DNA of 64,000 nt. Source: Candidatus Poseidoniales archaeon (GTDB lineage: Archaea; Thermoplasmatota; Poseidoniia; Poseidoniales; Poseidoniaceae). The stretch spans positions 2,374 through 66,373 of the forward strand of contig JAYQSB010000009.1 of NCBI GenBank assembly GCA_038146705.1, read 5' to 3'. The notes below the pieces were generated by a model that worked only from the letters and a program-made list of their open reading frames with translations, was not told the DNA's origin and did no database searches. The translations under genes and the position numbers were made by a program. Positions 1 through 9,263 of the stretch are shown here, in pieces; positions within the stretch are counted from its first letter, which is position 1; the number at the start of each line of letters is the position of its first letter.

Positions 1-1582
1 AGTAGGTGATTGATTCTCTAGAAACAATTTCACCTTCGAATCGGGGTAGATCGCTAAAGTTAATCGCCTCGAGAATCTGCATATTTCTGTAGGTGTAATC
101 CGTTGTACCGAAGGGGTCTCGAACCTCGAGTGTGATGTTGTGCGGGCCAATGCCTAGTTCGTCTCCCGAAATATTGAGGTACTGGCCGTAACCAAGCAAG
201 AAGAAGCCTTCCCTCCATGTATAATTTAGGGGCTGCGAGGCTACACTACTGGTTCTTGCCTCAAAGATAACAGTTTCAGACGACTTGTACTCACCATTTG
301 AATTTGAAAGGAAAATGAAAGCGTTAATGCTACCTGCTTCAATATTGATGTCGGGTAGTGACTGACGATTGTTATTCGCCAAGTTCACATCTTGTCCTCC
401 AATACTATCACTCTGTATGGAAAAGCGGAACAATTTGTTTGCACCCGTTGTGTTGATATTGTATACACAAGTTTCGCTATCGCCGGGGTACAAGGTGGGT
501 ATTGTGCACGAAGCAGATTGCTCGATTTGGAAATTATTGCCGTTGAAAATGTCAAAATTAATGACCAAATTTTCAATTGTTTTGTTTCCAAAGTTCCCGA
601 CATCAGAATGAACACGTTCTGATCCATAGTAATAGAGCGTATCATCAGGGTCATGGCTTGGATGCCAGTCAATGATACCAACATCAATCGTATCATTAAA
701 CACAACGGGGATTGTCACAAGGTCATTGTATGAATTTTGGTCTCCATAAGGCGTTCCCGTGCTTGAAATCATTCCAAATTTAAGAATATACTCACCTTCT
801 TCAGAATAATTGAATGTTGGTAATTGAACTGTGTAGACATCAAGGCCACCCCAATTTGGCAAGTTGGTCACATTTTTGAATTGTGTTTTAAGCATCTGTG
901 TCTCTGTACTGTCCCACAGCTGCCAACCGAACTCGGATTCGAGATTGCATGAACCACACGATATGACGGTGCCTCTTGATTGTACGCTGTAATCCGTGTT
1001 CGTGTTGAGGATTCTTTGACCGTTGTATTCTGCTAAATGTTCTATGCTGTCGAAAGGATTGTAATTCTGATTGGCCGAAACATCGCTGAAGGTTTGGCTT
1101 ACATAGATATTAAATTTGATGTGATCATTTGCCGAAATGTCATCAGCTAAAGCGAATTGATACACGATGGTGTATATTCCATTCGCAGTTTCGCCTGGAT
1201 ACCAAAAATCAGTCGACGAGAAATTATCCATCGAGTCGCCCGGTATGTTGCTGAGCAGGAACGTCCCTTGGTCTGTTGGGCTTGATGTGCACTGCACGAC
1301 ATTAATATCCCCTGCACAAACGTACCAATTTGCTTGCCGGTTCGAACCTGTAGTGACGCTTCTCATATTTTCAACAGTCACGGTGAAGCCAATTGACTCA
1401 GCAAATGTGTACCAACGGTCTTCAACAGGTTGAACAGAGCCTACAATGGCCAAATCTGTTCCTGAAGTTGCTGCAGCAGAGGGGGTTAAAAGAAGCAATG
1501 AAAACGAAGAAAGGAGGAACAGCGCAACTAAAGCAATAGCACTGGGCTTTCGTTCTTTTTGCATAGGCTTCGCACCGCTCAT
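1..1582 (-). CDS. Secreted/surface protein with CARDB/PKD-like Ig-fold modules (partial, runs off the window start)
   Basis: Absent from the ORF track because it has no stop in the window. Manual translation from ATG 1582 (or 1564) gives MSGAKPMQKERKPSAIALVALFLLSSFSLLLLTPSAAA (signal peptide), then beta-rich N/T/S/D sequence with CARDB-like segments (VHSDVGNFGNKTIENLVINF, DVNLANNQ) and a PKD-like YTW...GPHNITLEVRDPFG. Frame stays open to base 2. Confidence 0.7.
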   Translation of the reverse strand, partial: MSGAKPMQKERKPSAIALVALFLLSSFSLLLLTPSAAATSGTDLAIVGSVQPVEDRWYTFAESIGFTVTVENMRSVTTGSNRQANWYVCAGDINVVQCTSSPTDQGTFLLSNIPGDSMDNFSSTDFWYPGETANGIYTIVYQFALADDISANDHIKFNIYVSQTFSDVSANQNYNPFDSIEHLAEYNGQRILNTNTDYSVQSRGTVISCGSCNLESEFGWQLWDSTETQMLKTQFKNVTNLPNWGGLDVYTVQLPTFNYSEEGEYILKFGMISSTGTPYGDQNSYNDLVTIPVVFNDTIDVGIIDWHPSHDPDDTLYYYGSERVHSDVGNFGNKTIENLVINFDIFNGNNFQIEQSASCTIPTLYPGDSETCVYNINTTGANKLFRFSIQSDSIGGQDVNLANNNRQSLPDINIEAGSINAFIFLSNSNGEYKSSETVIFEARTSSVASQPLNYTWREGFFLLGYGQYLNISGDELGIGPHNITLEVRDPFGTTDYTYRNMQILEAINFSDLPRFEGEIVSRESITY

Positions 1583-1723
1583 GATAAACGCTCGTCAAAC
1601 GAATTCAAAGACTCATCGCCTATTTGAAGCAAGAATGCATCAAAAATGGGGTTCTTGATAAATTCGGAAGAATAAATCGAGTTGTAGCGGTAACATCTTC
1701 AAATCATTGGTTATGGTCGTTGC

Positions 1724-2809
1724 ATGGCGGATGTTCAATCGTTCAACGACGATGAACAAGGATTGACAGCAGTCATCGAATTTTTGTCGGCATTCACGCT
1801 TTTTTTGATGATACTCACTGCATTTTTATCCTTGGCACAGTTGCAAATGGGTTCAAATGACCCCTCTCTCGACCGCTTAGACCGCTCTGCAATACTTGGC
1901 GTCGACCGCTTGACAAATTCAGAAGGTTGGTTTGTACCGGTGGTGGATGGCGTATCAGACTACGCAAATGCAACCTCTGATTGGCATTTGATCGCAATGA
2001 ATGATTTGGACAATGGTCGATTGCAGGCCGGATTAATTTCAGGAAACAAATTGGACCTTGAAAGAATTTCAGCACTTTCGAATATTACAGAGGAATCGTT
2101 TGCTGCAGGACTTGGGCTTGGAGAAAAGATGAGTGTTCACTTAACGATCAGGGTCGAAGAAAGCGATGTTGAAACTCGAATTGGCAAACTCATGTTCGAA
2201 GGAGGTACCCCAAGAACCACGGCAACTGCATCATCGACAGCATTCAGAACGTTCTATCAAGATGGAGAGCAGATTCGGGTTATTTTGGAAGTTCATACCA
2301 ATGCACAAGTTTCCACAAAAATGACACTCACCGAGGTGATGACTCGTCCATCAAGTTCAGGTCCCGAATGGATTGAAATTTACAATCCAAATCAGTTTGC
2401 TGTATCGTTGAGAGGTTGGTCACTGAACCACACATCGGGAATTTCCTCAACAAATTATCTCTTCCAAGGTGGCGTCGTTCCGGGCAATGCTACAACATTG
2501 TTTAGTGGCGACCCAACTACACAAGTCGTTGGCAATGCAACTGCAGTCATTGATTTGGGGAGCGTAGGGTTCCTTGGCGTGGGGCAAGTCAATGCAATAT
2601 CAGACGGATCTGGAACCCTTCGACTCCGATACACTCAACTCGACGAGTCCACTCCTGGCGAAATCGATTCGGTCTCCTGGGGTGGAAGCACAGGTCTCAT
2701 TGTGAATCTAGGCCATAGTATCGAGCGGCAAGATTCCTCACGTCTCAGTCAATCTTCTTGGGCAGTCCAAGATAACCCGACTCCAGGAGAGTACGTTCAA
2801 AGTGGTTAA
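1724..2809 (+). CDS. Pilin-like (class III signal-like N-terminus) protein with C-terminal lamin-tail domain
   Basis: N-terminus DDEQG|LTAVIEFLSAFTLFLMILTAFL; C-terminal TEVM..P...GPEWIEIYNP...VSLRGWSL is the lamin-tail-domain signature. Confidence 0.65.
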   Translation: MADVQSFNDDEQGLTAVIEFLSAFTLFLMILTAFLSLAQLQMGSNDPSLDRLDRSAILGVDRLTNSEGWFVPVVDGVSDYANATSDWHLIAMNDLDNGRLQAGLISGNKLDLERISALSNITEESFAAGLGLGEKMSVHLTIRVEESDVETRIGKLMFEGGTPRTTATASSTAFRTFYQDGEQIRVILEVHTNAQVSTKMTLTEVMTRPSSSGPEWIEIYNPNQFAVSLRGWSLNHTSGISSTNYLFQGGVVPGNATTLFSGDPTTQVVGNATAVIDLGSVGFLGVGQVNAISDGSGTLRLRYTQLDESTPGEIDSVSWGGSTGLIVNLGHSIERQDSSRLSQSSWAVQDNPTPGEYVQSG

Positions 2810-2866
2810 ACCAACCCTATGAGGCGGTTATTTCATCAACCATGACGACTTCGATGGAATGTTCCC

Positions 2867-3649
2867 ATGCAATCGCCTTCCACGTATCAGAGAGATAGAT
2901 GTGTCACCGGTATCCACGGATTGGATGAAATTCTTCGTGGAGGTATTCCATACGGCTCAACTGTTCTCGCAGCAGGCACCTGCGGTTCTGGAAAGACAAC
3001 ACTTGGCATGGAATTTCTCGTCCGAGGTGCTCTTGCAGGAGAAGCATGTGCCCATTTCACAGCAACAGAACCATCAGTGAAATTACTAGAAAATATCCGA
3101 CAATACCAATTTTTCGACATGAACATGGTTGACTCTGGTCTCATCAATGTGTTTGATATGGACGTATTGTACTCATGGTTAGGACTCGACAAAGCATCAT
3201 TTGATTTGGACGACGTTCATGCACTCATCAAGGCAATTGTCGATATTGTCAACACGATAGGTGTAACTCGTCTTGTAATTGACTCAGTGACAACGCTCTG
3301 TTACAAAATCAAATCAGAACAATTGATTCGAGATTTTCTGTTTACACTTGGAAAGAAACTTGCAACCTTGGGTTGCACAACAATCTTGATTTCTGAAATC
3401 ACATCTGCTACTGAGAATGCACATTGGTCTTCATTTGGTGTTGAAGAAGCAATTGCAGATGGCATTATTGTAATGGGAGATAATGAAAGAATGGGACACT
3501 TACTTCGATTTCTTCAAGTTGTGAAGATGAGAGGGACTTACCACAGCCGTGCGAAACATGCGATTGAATTGACTCCAGTTGGTGTCATGTTAACGCCGAT
3601 GTTAAAGTGGGGTGCTCAGATTGATACAACATCTCGATGGGGGCAATAA
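2867..3649 (+). CDS. KaiC/RAD55-family RecA-fold ATPase (single domain)
   Basis: TGIHGLDEILRGGIP, intact Walker A GTCGSGKTT, Walker B RLVIDS, GVEEAIADGII, LQVVKMRGT. Confidence 0.9.
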   Translation: MQSPSTYQRDRCVTGIHGLDEILRGGIPYGSTVLAAGTCGSGKTTLGMEFLVRGALAGEACAHFTATEPSVKLLENIRQYQFFDMNMVDSGLINVFDMDVLYSWLGLDKASFDLDDVHALIKAIVDIVNTIGVTRLVIDSVTTLCYKIKSEQLIRDFLFTLGKKLATLGCTTILISEITSATENAHWSSFGVEEAIADGIIVMGDNERMGHLLRFLQVVKMRGTYHSRAKHAIELTPVGVMLTPMLKWGAQIDTTSRWGQ

Positions 3650-4236
3650 TCATGTTTGAGTTTGACCAAAACATAGCCCAACAACTTTCTGAAGTTTCAC
3701 TTAATAGTTCGGTTCAAGTACGAGTTGGGAATTCAAATGCATTTAGTGTAACTGCGAGTACAATCATTCCACTTATGCAGATGTTTGAAATGGGGGGTGT
3801 TTACATTTCAGCAAGCAGAGGAGCAGTCGAAATTATTCAAGCATTCGAGGCCATAGGGGTGGACGTTTCGCATATTCAGTTTGTTGACTTGGTGTCTTCA
3901 GGCATCCTTGGTGGAACCGATGTTCCATACAACAACATTCACTTCGTCGATAGTCCAATTATGCTTGAAAGCATACTGCTCCGCACATTGTATATCTTAC
4001 AGGCATCTGGAAGCCCGAGGAACTTTGTGTTCATGGACAGTGTAAACGCACTGGCAATTTACAATGAGGATAGAATGTTAGCTGAATATCTCCACACATT
4101 TATCAACACATTTCGACAACGAGAAATTCTTTCCGTGATCATTAACGTCCCAGACCAAACCCCGCCACTCGTTTTATCCAATTTGGATTTGTACTGCACT
4201 GACCTCATCGACAGAGGAAATGTTGTTATCATGTGA
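3637..4236 (+). CDS. Inactivated RecA/KaiC-like small protein
   Basis: No Walker A; GVYISASRG, IQFVD and VFMDSVNALAIYN resemble KaiC-fold strands. Overlaps the upstream KaiC gene. Confidence 0.55.
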   Translation: MGAIIMFEFDQNIAQQLSEVSLNSSVQVRVGNSNAFSVTASTIIPLMQMFEMGGVYISASRGAVEIIQAFEAIGVDVSHIQFVDLVSSGILGGTDVPYNNIHFVDSPIMLESILLRTLYILQASGSPRNFVFMDSVNALAIYNEDRMLAEYLHTFINTFRQREILSVIINVPDQTPPLVLSNLDLYCTDLIDRGNVVIM

Positions 4237-4246
4237 GGTGAAAAAT

Positions 4247-5050
4247 ATGGCAAAGAAAATCGAGTTCTCAAAAGAAGACGAGGAGTTCTTCGGAACAATG
4301 GGCTCCTTCGGAATTCCAAAATTCGATAACGCCATGCGTGGTGGCGTTCCACGCGGCTTCACTATCGTAGCATTTACAGAAACAGGTAGCGGTAGCGATT
4401 TGTTTGCAAAACAATTTGTATCGCCAGCTGAAGAACCAGAAAATTCACTTTACATAGCAACGGACGAAGGTCAACAAGATATTGTTCGAATCTTTCAAAA
4501 ATACGACTGGCCTCTCGATATCAAAGTTCGAACGATTGGTGAGGAGTACAATAGTAACGTTCTAGAGAAACAATTACTCGCAAGTCGTTACAGGCTTGAA
4601 GGATTTCAGTTAAGCGATATTCAACGACTCGCACAAACGAGATTTGTTCAAGAATCGACACAGGATTTTCTTACCGAAGTGACAAATGAGGTCATGGCTC
4701 TTGGTCCGTACTTCAGGGCAGTCATCGATAACATGGATTTCTTCCTTCAACGAGAAGATCCGACTCGCGTCATTTCGATGATAAGAATGCTGCAAGCACA
4801 TGCCCAAATGGTTCGTGGACTTCTGTTCATCTGTGTATCATCCGAAGGACTTGACAAATCAGTTAAGCAAGAGTTGTCTTCAATTTCGGACATGACCCTC
4901 TCATTCAGAGTTCGAACCATCGGTTCTGATTTCGAGACTTCAATGATTGTATCAAAGTTTAGAAACGCTCCTGAAAATCTGAAAATGCTTGTGTTCCGGG
5001 TGACGCCAGAAGAAGGTATTACGCCAGAAACTGTGGAACGTATCGCTTGA
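4247..5050 (+). CDS. KaiC/RAD55-like protein with degenerate P-loop
   Basis: FGIPKFDNAMRGGVPRG, TETGSGSDLF (no catalytic Lys), VIDNM, VSKFRN. Start moved to ATG 4247 behind a GAGGTG SD. Confidence 0.8.
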   Translation: MAKKIEFSKEDEEFFGTMGSFGIPKFDNAMRGGVPRGFTIVAFTETGSGSDLFAKQFVSPAEEPENSLYIATDEGQQDIVRIFQKYDWPLDIKVRTIGEEYNSNVLEKQLLASRYRLEGFQLSDIQRLAQTRFVQESTQDFLTEVTNEVMALGPYFRAVIDNMDFFLQREDPTRVISMIRMLQAHAQMVRGLLFICVSSEGLDKSVKQELSSISDMTLSFRVRTIGSDFETSMIVSKFRNAPENLKMLVFRVTPEEGITPETVERIA

Positions 5051-5103
5051 TTGTATACTTCACCAATACGACAGGTCATTAAAGACCTGCAATTGGGGAG
5101 ATT

Positions 5104-5862
5104 ATGGCCGAACGCTCATCCACCGGAGGTTACGACCCCTCCGGCATTGATGACGATGAGTGGGAGATTCTAGAACGCCAACTCGAACAAACCATTCCAC
5201 ATTACGATAAAGTGAATGCATGGATGACATTTGGTCAAGACAAAAGGTGGAGGAAAAATGTCCGCAATCATGCTTCTGCTGGAATGAGCGTGCTTGAGGT
5301 TGGATGTGGCCCGGGTTCGTTTGCTGTGGATATCGTTGATGTTGACTTGACGTGTCTGGACCCTTCTGATGAGATGCTTAAAGTTGCAGAGTTGAGGGTC
5401 GGAGCCGCAAGAAAACATAGAGGTGAGCCCGATGCAAAATTCGTGCAAGCAGTCGCTGAAGATATGCCATTCGAAGACAACTCATTCGATTTTGTTTGCT
5501 GCCTCTTCTCATTCCGCGATTTCAAGGACAAAAAACAAGGTTTAACTGAAATTCTTAGAGTTCTCAAACCCGGTGGACAACTTGTCATTTGTGATGCTGG
5601 AAAAGCAAATTGGCTGCACGGTCTCTTTGGTTATCTTTGGATGAATACGGCGGTACAAGTCATCGCTCGACTGGTGACTAAGGAAAAAGATCACGCTTGG
5701 AAAGGCCTTGCTAAATCATACACGCATTATGGCACCAACGGGTATTACAGACGGATGCTTAGGGATGTCGGGTTCACTCACGTTCAAGGACGCCTTCTCC
5801 TCCCTTTCGGCATGGCAAGCCGATTCCGTGCTACAAAACCAAAAGGCAATACTGCAAACTAA
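5104..5862 (+). CDS. Class I SAM-dependent methyltransferase, UbiE/MenG family
   Basis: YDKVNAWMTFGQDKRWR, VLEVGCGPG, AEDMPFEDNSFD, EILRVLKPGG. Confidence 0.85.
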   Translation: MAERSSTGGYDPSGIDDDEWEILERQLEQTIPHYDKVNAWMTFGQDKRWRKNVRNHASAGMSVLEVGCGPGSFAVDIVDVDLTCLDPSDEMLKVAELRVGAARKHRGEPDAKFVQAVAEDMPFEDNSFDFVCCLFSFRDFKDKKQGLTEILRVLKPGGQLVICDAGKANWLHGLFGYLWMNTAVQVIARLVTKEKDHAWKGLAKSYTHYGTNGYYRRMLRDVGFTHVQGRLLLPFGMASRFRATKPKGNTAN

Positions 5863-5920
5863 TTTTCCACGAAAACTTAGCGTTATAGTCATAAACCCCA
5901 CTTGTCTCGTTTAGTCATAG

Positions 5921-6247
5921 GTGGTCTTTTTGGGTATTCGAGAAGTGAGAAAAAGTGTCTCCGAAGCCGCAGCACAAGCTGAGAAGCAGTTAGAAGACGC
6001 ACAAAAATCTGCTGAGAAAAAAATAGCCGATTCGAGAAAGAAAGCGGCAGATATGATTGCTCAAGCACACGATGACGCAAACACCTCTTCCAAATCAACT
6101 ATCGAGGAAGCTCGCTCAAACGCACAAAAAGATGCTGACAAAGTGAAGAAAGAAGGACTCAAGTCCATCGAATCAATCCAAGCATCGTATGAGAAAAATA
6201 AAGATAAGGCCGTTCAATCGGTTTTAGATGCAGTATTGAACTCCTGA
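5921..6247 (+). CDS. atpH: A/V-type ATP synthase subunit H (peripheral stalk)
   Basis: A/E/K-rich coiled coil at the head of the operon. Confidence 0.75.
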   Translation: MVFLGIREVRKSVSEAAAQAEKQLEDAQKSAEKKIADSRKKAADMIAQAHDDANTSSKSTIEEARSNAQKDADKVKKEGLKSIESIQASYEKNKDKAVQSVLDAVLNS

Positions 6248-6256
6248 GGTATAGAG

Positions 6257-8293
6257 ATGTTCGGCACTGTTGACATGGCCAGAATGACGCTGGCTGCAAC
6301 AGTTGAAAACATGGACGAAATCTTGTCGACCTGTGCCCAACTTGGCAATGTTCACATTGAAGACTATGTGAACTTCGAAGACGGGATTGGGGTCGGAAGA
6401 GCAAACTCAAACGACTCTGCAAACAAAGCGAGTTCATTGCTCGCTAAGGTGAGAGCGGCCAATGCACATTACAAAACTGTGAATACAGATGGTCCAATTT
6501 CAGCAAAAGAATTGAGATCATTGACTGAAGGAGAATTTGTTGAAGAGGTTGACAAAGCATTAGCATATGCTTCAACAATACGAGAGTGTGAGGCTGAACG
6601 TAATTCGATTTCTGAACAAATCAATTTACTTACAAAACTAGAACCATTAGGCATAGAAATTGAGTTGTTGACAAGCACATCCCACATTGATATGTTCGTT
6701 GCAGAGGTGGCAAAGGCGAGTAAAGTTGGACAGGCTTTCGCTGGCATAGGTAACGATGTTCGATTTGAAACTGGTCCTGGAATTGTTGTTGTCGCTTGCT
6801 CCCCGAACAAGGCAACAGAAGTTCAAACTATTCTTGGCGGGCTAGGTGCACGTCCGATACAAATTCCATCAGGCGAAGGTAAACCCTCCGACATCATTTC
6901 ACAACTTCGAGCGAGAATGGTCGAACTCGAATCTGAGATGAAGAATGCCGAAATGAAAGGAACTGACTGGGTAGAGAAGCACGGAAGAACCCTTGTTGCC
7001 TTAGAGGAATATCTTACCCGAATTGATTCGATCAATACAGCACCAACAATGTTGGCAGTTTCTGATATGGCATTTGTGCTTGATGCATGGGTTCCGCACC
7101 AAGATGCGAAGAGCATCCAAAGCGTTCTAGCACCACTCGCATCACACATTGAAATCGAAAAGCACGTCGACGATCACCACGGTCACCACGACCATGACCA
7201 TCATGAACCAACACCGCCAGTTGCATACGATAACGGAAATGTTTCGAAACCATTCGAACTGATGGTCGATTTGGTTGGGCGACCAAAGTACGGCACCATT
7301 GACCCAACATTCTTCATCATGATGACATTCCCATTCATCTATGGCTTAATCTTGGGAGATTTCGGCTATGGCCTCATTATCTTCTTGCTTGGATTATGGC
7401 TAGGAAAGCAACCATTTGCAGTCGACCCAGTGGCAAAGAATGGTGTAACGATCCTCAAGTGGATGGGTGTTTGGTGCATCATATGGGGGCTTATTTTCGC
7501 CGAAGGATTTGGGTTTGTTTGGGATAATTCAACATCTCACAAAACCATACCAATACTCGTCCCACTATACGACTGGACCTATGCACACATTCATTTCCCT
7601 CACTTCATGGATTCGCTGCTCAATTTGAATCTGCACGTTCCTTTCCACAGGGCTGATGAGAAGGTCATTTCCAACTACGTTCTCATCTCAATTTATCTTG
7701 GTGTAGGTCACCTTCTCTTTGGATTCATTATTGGATTTATCAATGCATTCAACGCCCACGGTATTGGAGCGGCGTTCTTCGAAAAAGGTTCATTCATCCT
7801 CATTCTCATTGGCGGATTTCTCCATGCCAGACAAGTTGTTGGCTATGGAGGTGAAATGTTCATTTTGTCCGCATGGACTGGAATGGTAATCGCTGGGGTC
7901 TTTTCACTCATCATAGGTCTTGCTATCTACGAGAAATTTGGATGGGCAGGCGGTGTGATTATGGGGCCTATCGAAACATTCGGCCTTCTAGCGAACACAC
8001 TATCTTACCTTCGAGTCATGGCTGTTGGTGTTGCTGGTGTGAAAATTGCTGAAATCTCAATCACCATCGGTTGGGACATGATGATTCATCCAAGCAACCC
8101 TGTGATGATTCTCGTTGGATTGGTACTCTTTATCCTCATTCAGGCATTTGCACTTGCACTTGGATTATTATCACCAAGTATTCACGCAGCCCGTCTTCAC
8201 TTTGTGGAATGGATGGGCAAGTTCCACGACGGCTCAGGCCGTCTCTTTACACCGCTAGGCGGAAGAACCCTTCACGTGGAGGGTCAATCATAG
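6257..8293 (+). CDS. atpI: A/V-type ATP synthase subunit I (a)
   Basis: YGTIDPT, FPFIYGLILGDFGYG, NTLSYLRVMA (essential Arg), IHAARLHFVEW. Confidence 0.95.
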   Translation: MFGTVDMARMTLAATVENMDEILSTCAQLGNVHIEDYVNFEDGIGVGRANSNDSANKASSLLAKVRAANAHYKTVNTDGPISAKELRSLTEGEFVEEVDKALAYASTIRECEAERNSISEQINLLTKLEPLGIEIELLTSTSHIDMFVAEVAKASKVGQAFAGIGNDVRFETGPGIVVVACSPNKATEVQTILGGLGARPIQIPSGEGKPSDIISQLRARMVELESEMKNAEMKGTDWVEKHGRTLVALEEYLTRIDSINTAPTMLAVSDMAFVLDAWVPHQDAKSIQSVLAPLASHIEIEKHVDDHHGHHDHDHHEPTPPVAYDNGNVSKPFELMVDLVGRPKYGTIDPTFFIMMTFPFIYGLILGDFGYGLIIFLLGLWLGKQPFAVDPVAKNGVTILKWMGVWCIIWGLIFAEGFGFVWDNSTSHKTIPILVPLYDWTYAHIHFPHFMDSLLNLNLHVPFHRADEKVISNYVLISIYLGVGHLLFGFIIGFINAFNAHGIGAAFFEKGSFILILIGGFLHARQVVGYGGEMFILSAWTGMVIAGVFSLIIGLAIYEKFGWAGGVIMGPIETFGLLANTLSYLRVMAVGVAGVKIAEISITIGWDMMIHPSNPVMILVGLVLFILIQAFALALGLLSPSIHAARLHFVEWMGKFHDGSGRLFTPLGGRTLHVEGQS

Positions 8294-8327
8294 TCCATAG
8301 GACAAAAAAAATAATGGAGGAAAAAAT

Positions 8328-8642
8328 ATGAAAACAAAAGCAATGAAAAATGTAATACGAGCATTGGTCGCACTTTTTGCAATCACAATGATTGCACAAG
8401 GTGTAGCTGCTGAACCAGGTGAAGATACACAAGCAAACTGGAACAATGGTATGTACGGTGACGTTGGTGTAGGTCTATCACTCGGACTTGCTGCTATTGG
8501 TGCAGGCTTTTCCCAAGCCGCTATCGGTAGTGCTGCAGTCGGCATGCTCGCTGAAGACGGATCAAAATTCGGACCAGCGCTCATCTTTACAGCTTTGCCA
8601 GAATCTATCGTGATTCTCGGTGCACTACCACTCTTCCTATGA
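8328..8642 (+). CDS. atpK: A/V-type ATP synthase subunit K (c, proteolipid), single hairpin with N-terminal leader
   Basis: GLAAIGAGFSQAAIGSAAVG ... ALPESIVI; GGAGG SD upstream. Confidence 0.95.
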   Translation: MKTKAMKNVIRALVALFAITMIAQGVAAEPGEDTQANWNNGMYGDVGVGLSLGLAAIGAGFSQAAIGSAAVGMLAEDGSKFGPALIFTALPESIVILGALPLFL

Positions 8643-8650
8643 GTGAATCA

Positions 8651-8676
8651 ACTCATTCAACATACGTTGATTGAGT
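8651..8676 (+). promoter_or_regulatory. Imperfect intergenic hairpin between atpK and atpE
   Basis: ACTCATTCAAC-ATAC-GTTGATTGAGT: 11-bp stem with one mismatch, ending 2 nt before the atpE GGAGG. Confidence 0.4.
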
Positions 8677-8690
8677 AAGGAGGATTGAAG

Positions 8691-9254
8691 ATGACACTTG
8701 AACAAATTAGCGAAGATGTGCGCAAGGAAGCGGAGGCGAAAGCCTCAGAGATTGAAGCATCTGCAAAAGCTGATTCGAAGAAAATACTCGATGCAGCAAA
8801 GAAACAAGCAGATGAAATTCGGTCAAACGCAGAAACGAAGGCACAACGCGAAGCAGAACAGATTGCACGGGAAGTCGTTGCAAGTGCTCGACAATCAAAT
8901 CAGAAAGAAGTTCTCATTGCCAAAAGAGCTGCTCTTGACGCAGCATATGGTATGGCAAAGGATTCTATTTCGGATGTTAAAATGAAAGGGAGGGAATCAC
9001 TTCTCAAGTCATTGATTGCTGAAGCAAAGAAAGTTGGTGAAAAAGGATTCATCCTTCATCCAGCGGAAATTGATAAAGCATCTCTTTCAAAACTATCTGG
9101 AGACTTTGAAGTTGGTGAAACCATTCACTGCATGGGCGGATTTATCCTCTCATCCAACGATGGTTCAGTATCCTTCGACATGCGATTTGATACTTTACTC
9201 GAGCGAGCTTGGTCAGACAACTTAGCGTCAATTAACAATACATTATTTGAATGA
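8691..9254 (+). CDS. atpE: A/V-type ATP synthase subunit E
   Basis: Coiled-coil N-terminus, C-terminal GGFILSS.DG...DMRFD; operon position; ATG 8691 after GGAGG. Confidence 0.9.
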   Translation: MTLEQISEDVRKEAEAKASEIEASAKADSKKILDAAKKQADEIRSNAETKAQREAEQIAREVVASARQSNQKEVLIAKRAALDAAYGMAKDSISDVKMKGRESLLKSLIAEAKKVGEKGFILHPAEIDKASLSKLSGDFEVGETIHCMGGFILSSNDGSVSFDMRFDTLLERAWSDNLASINNTLFE

Positions 9255-9263
9255 GGGAATACG

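Noticed and set aside
2867-5050. Circadian KaiABC clock
   Set aside because: Single-domain KaiC-like proteins only, with no kaiA/kaiB and no double-domain KaiC.
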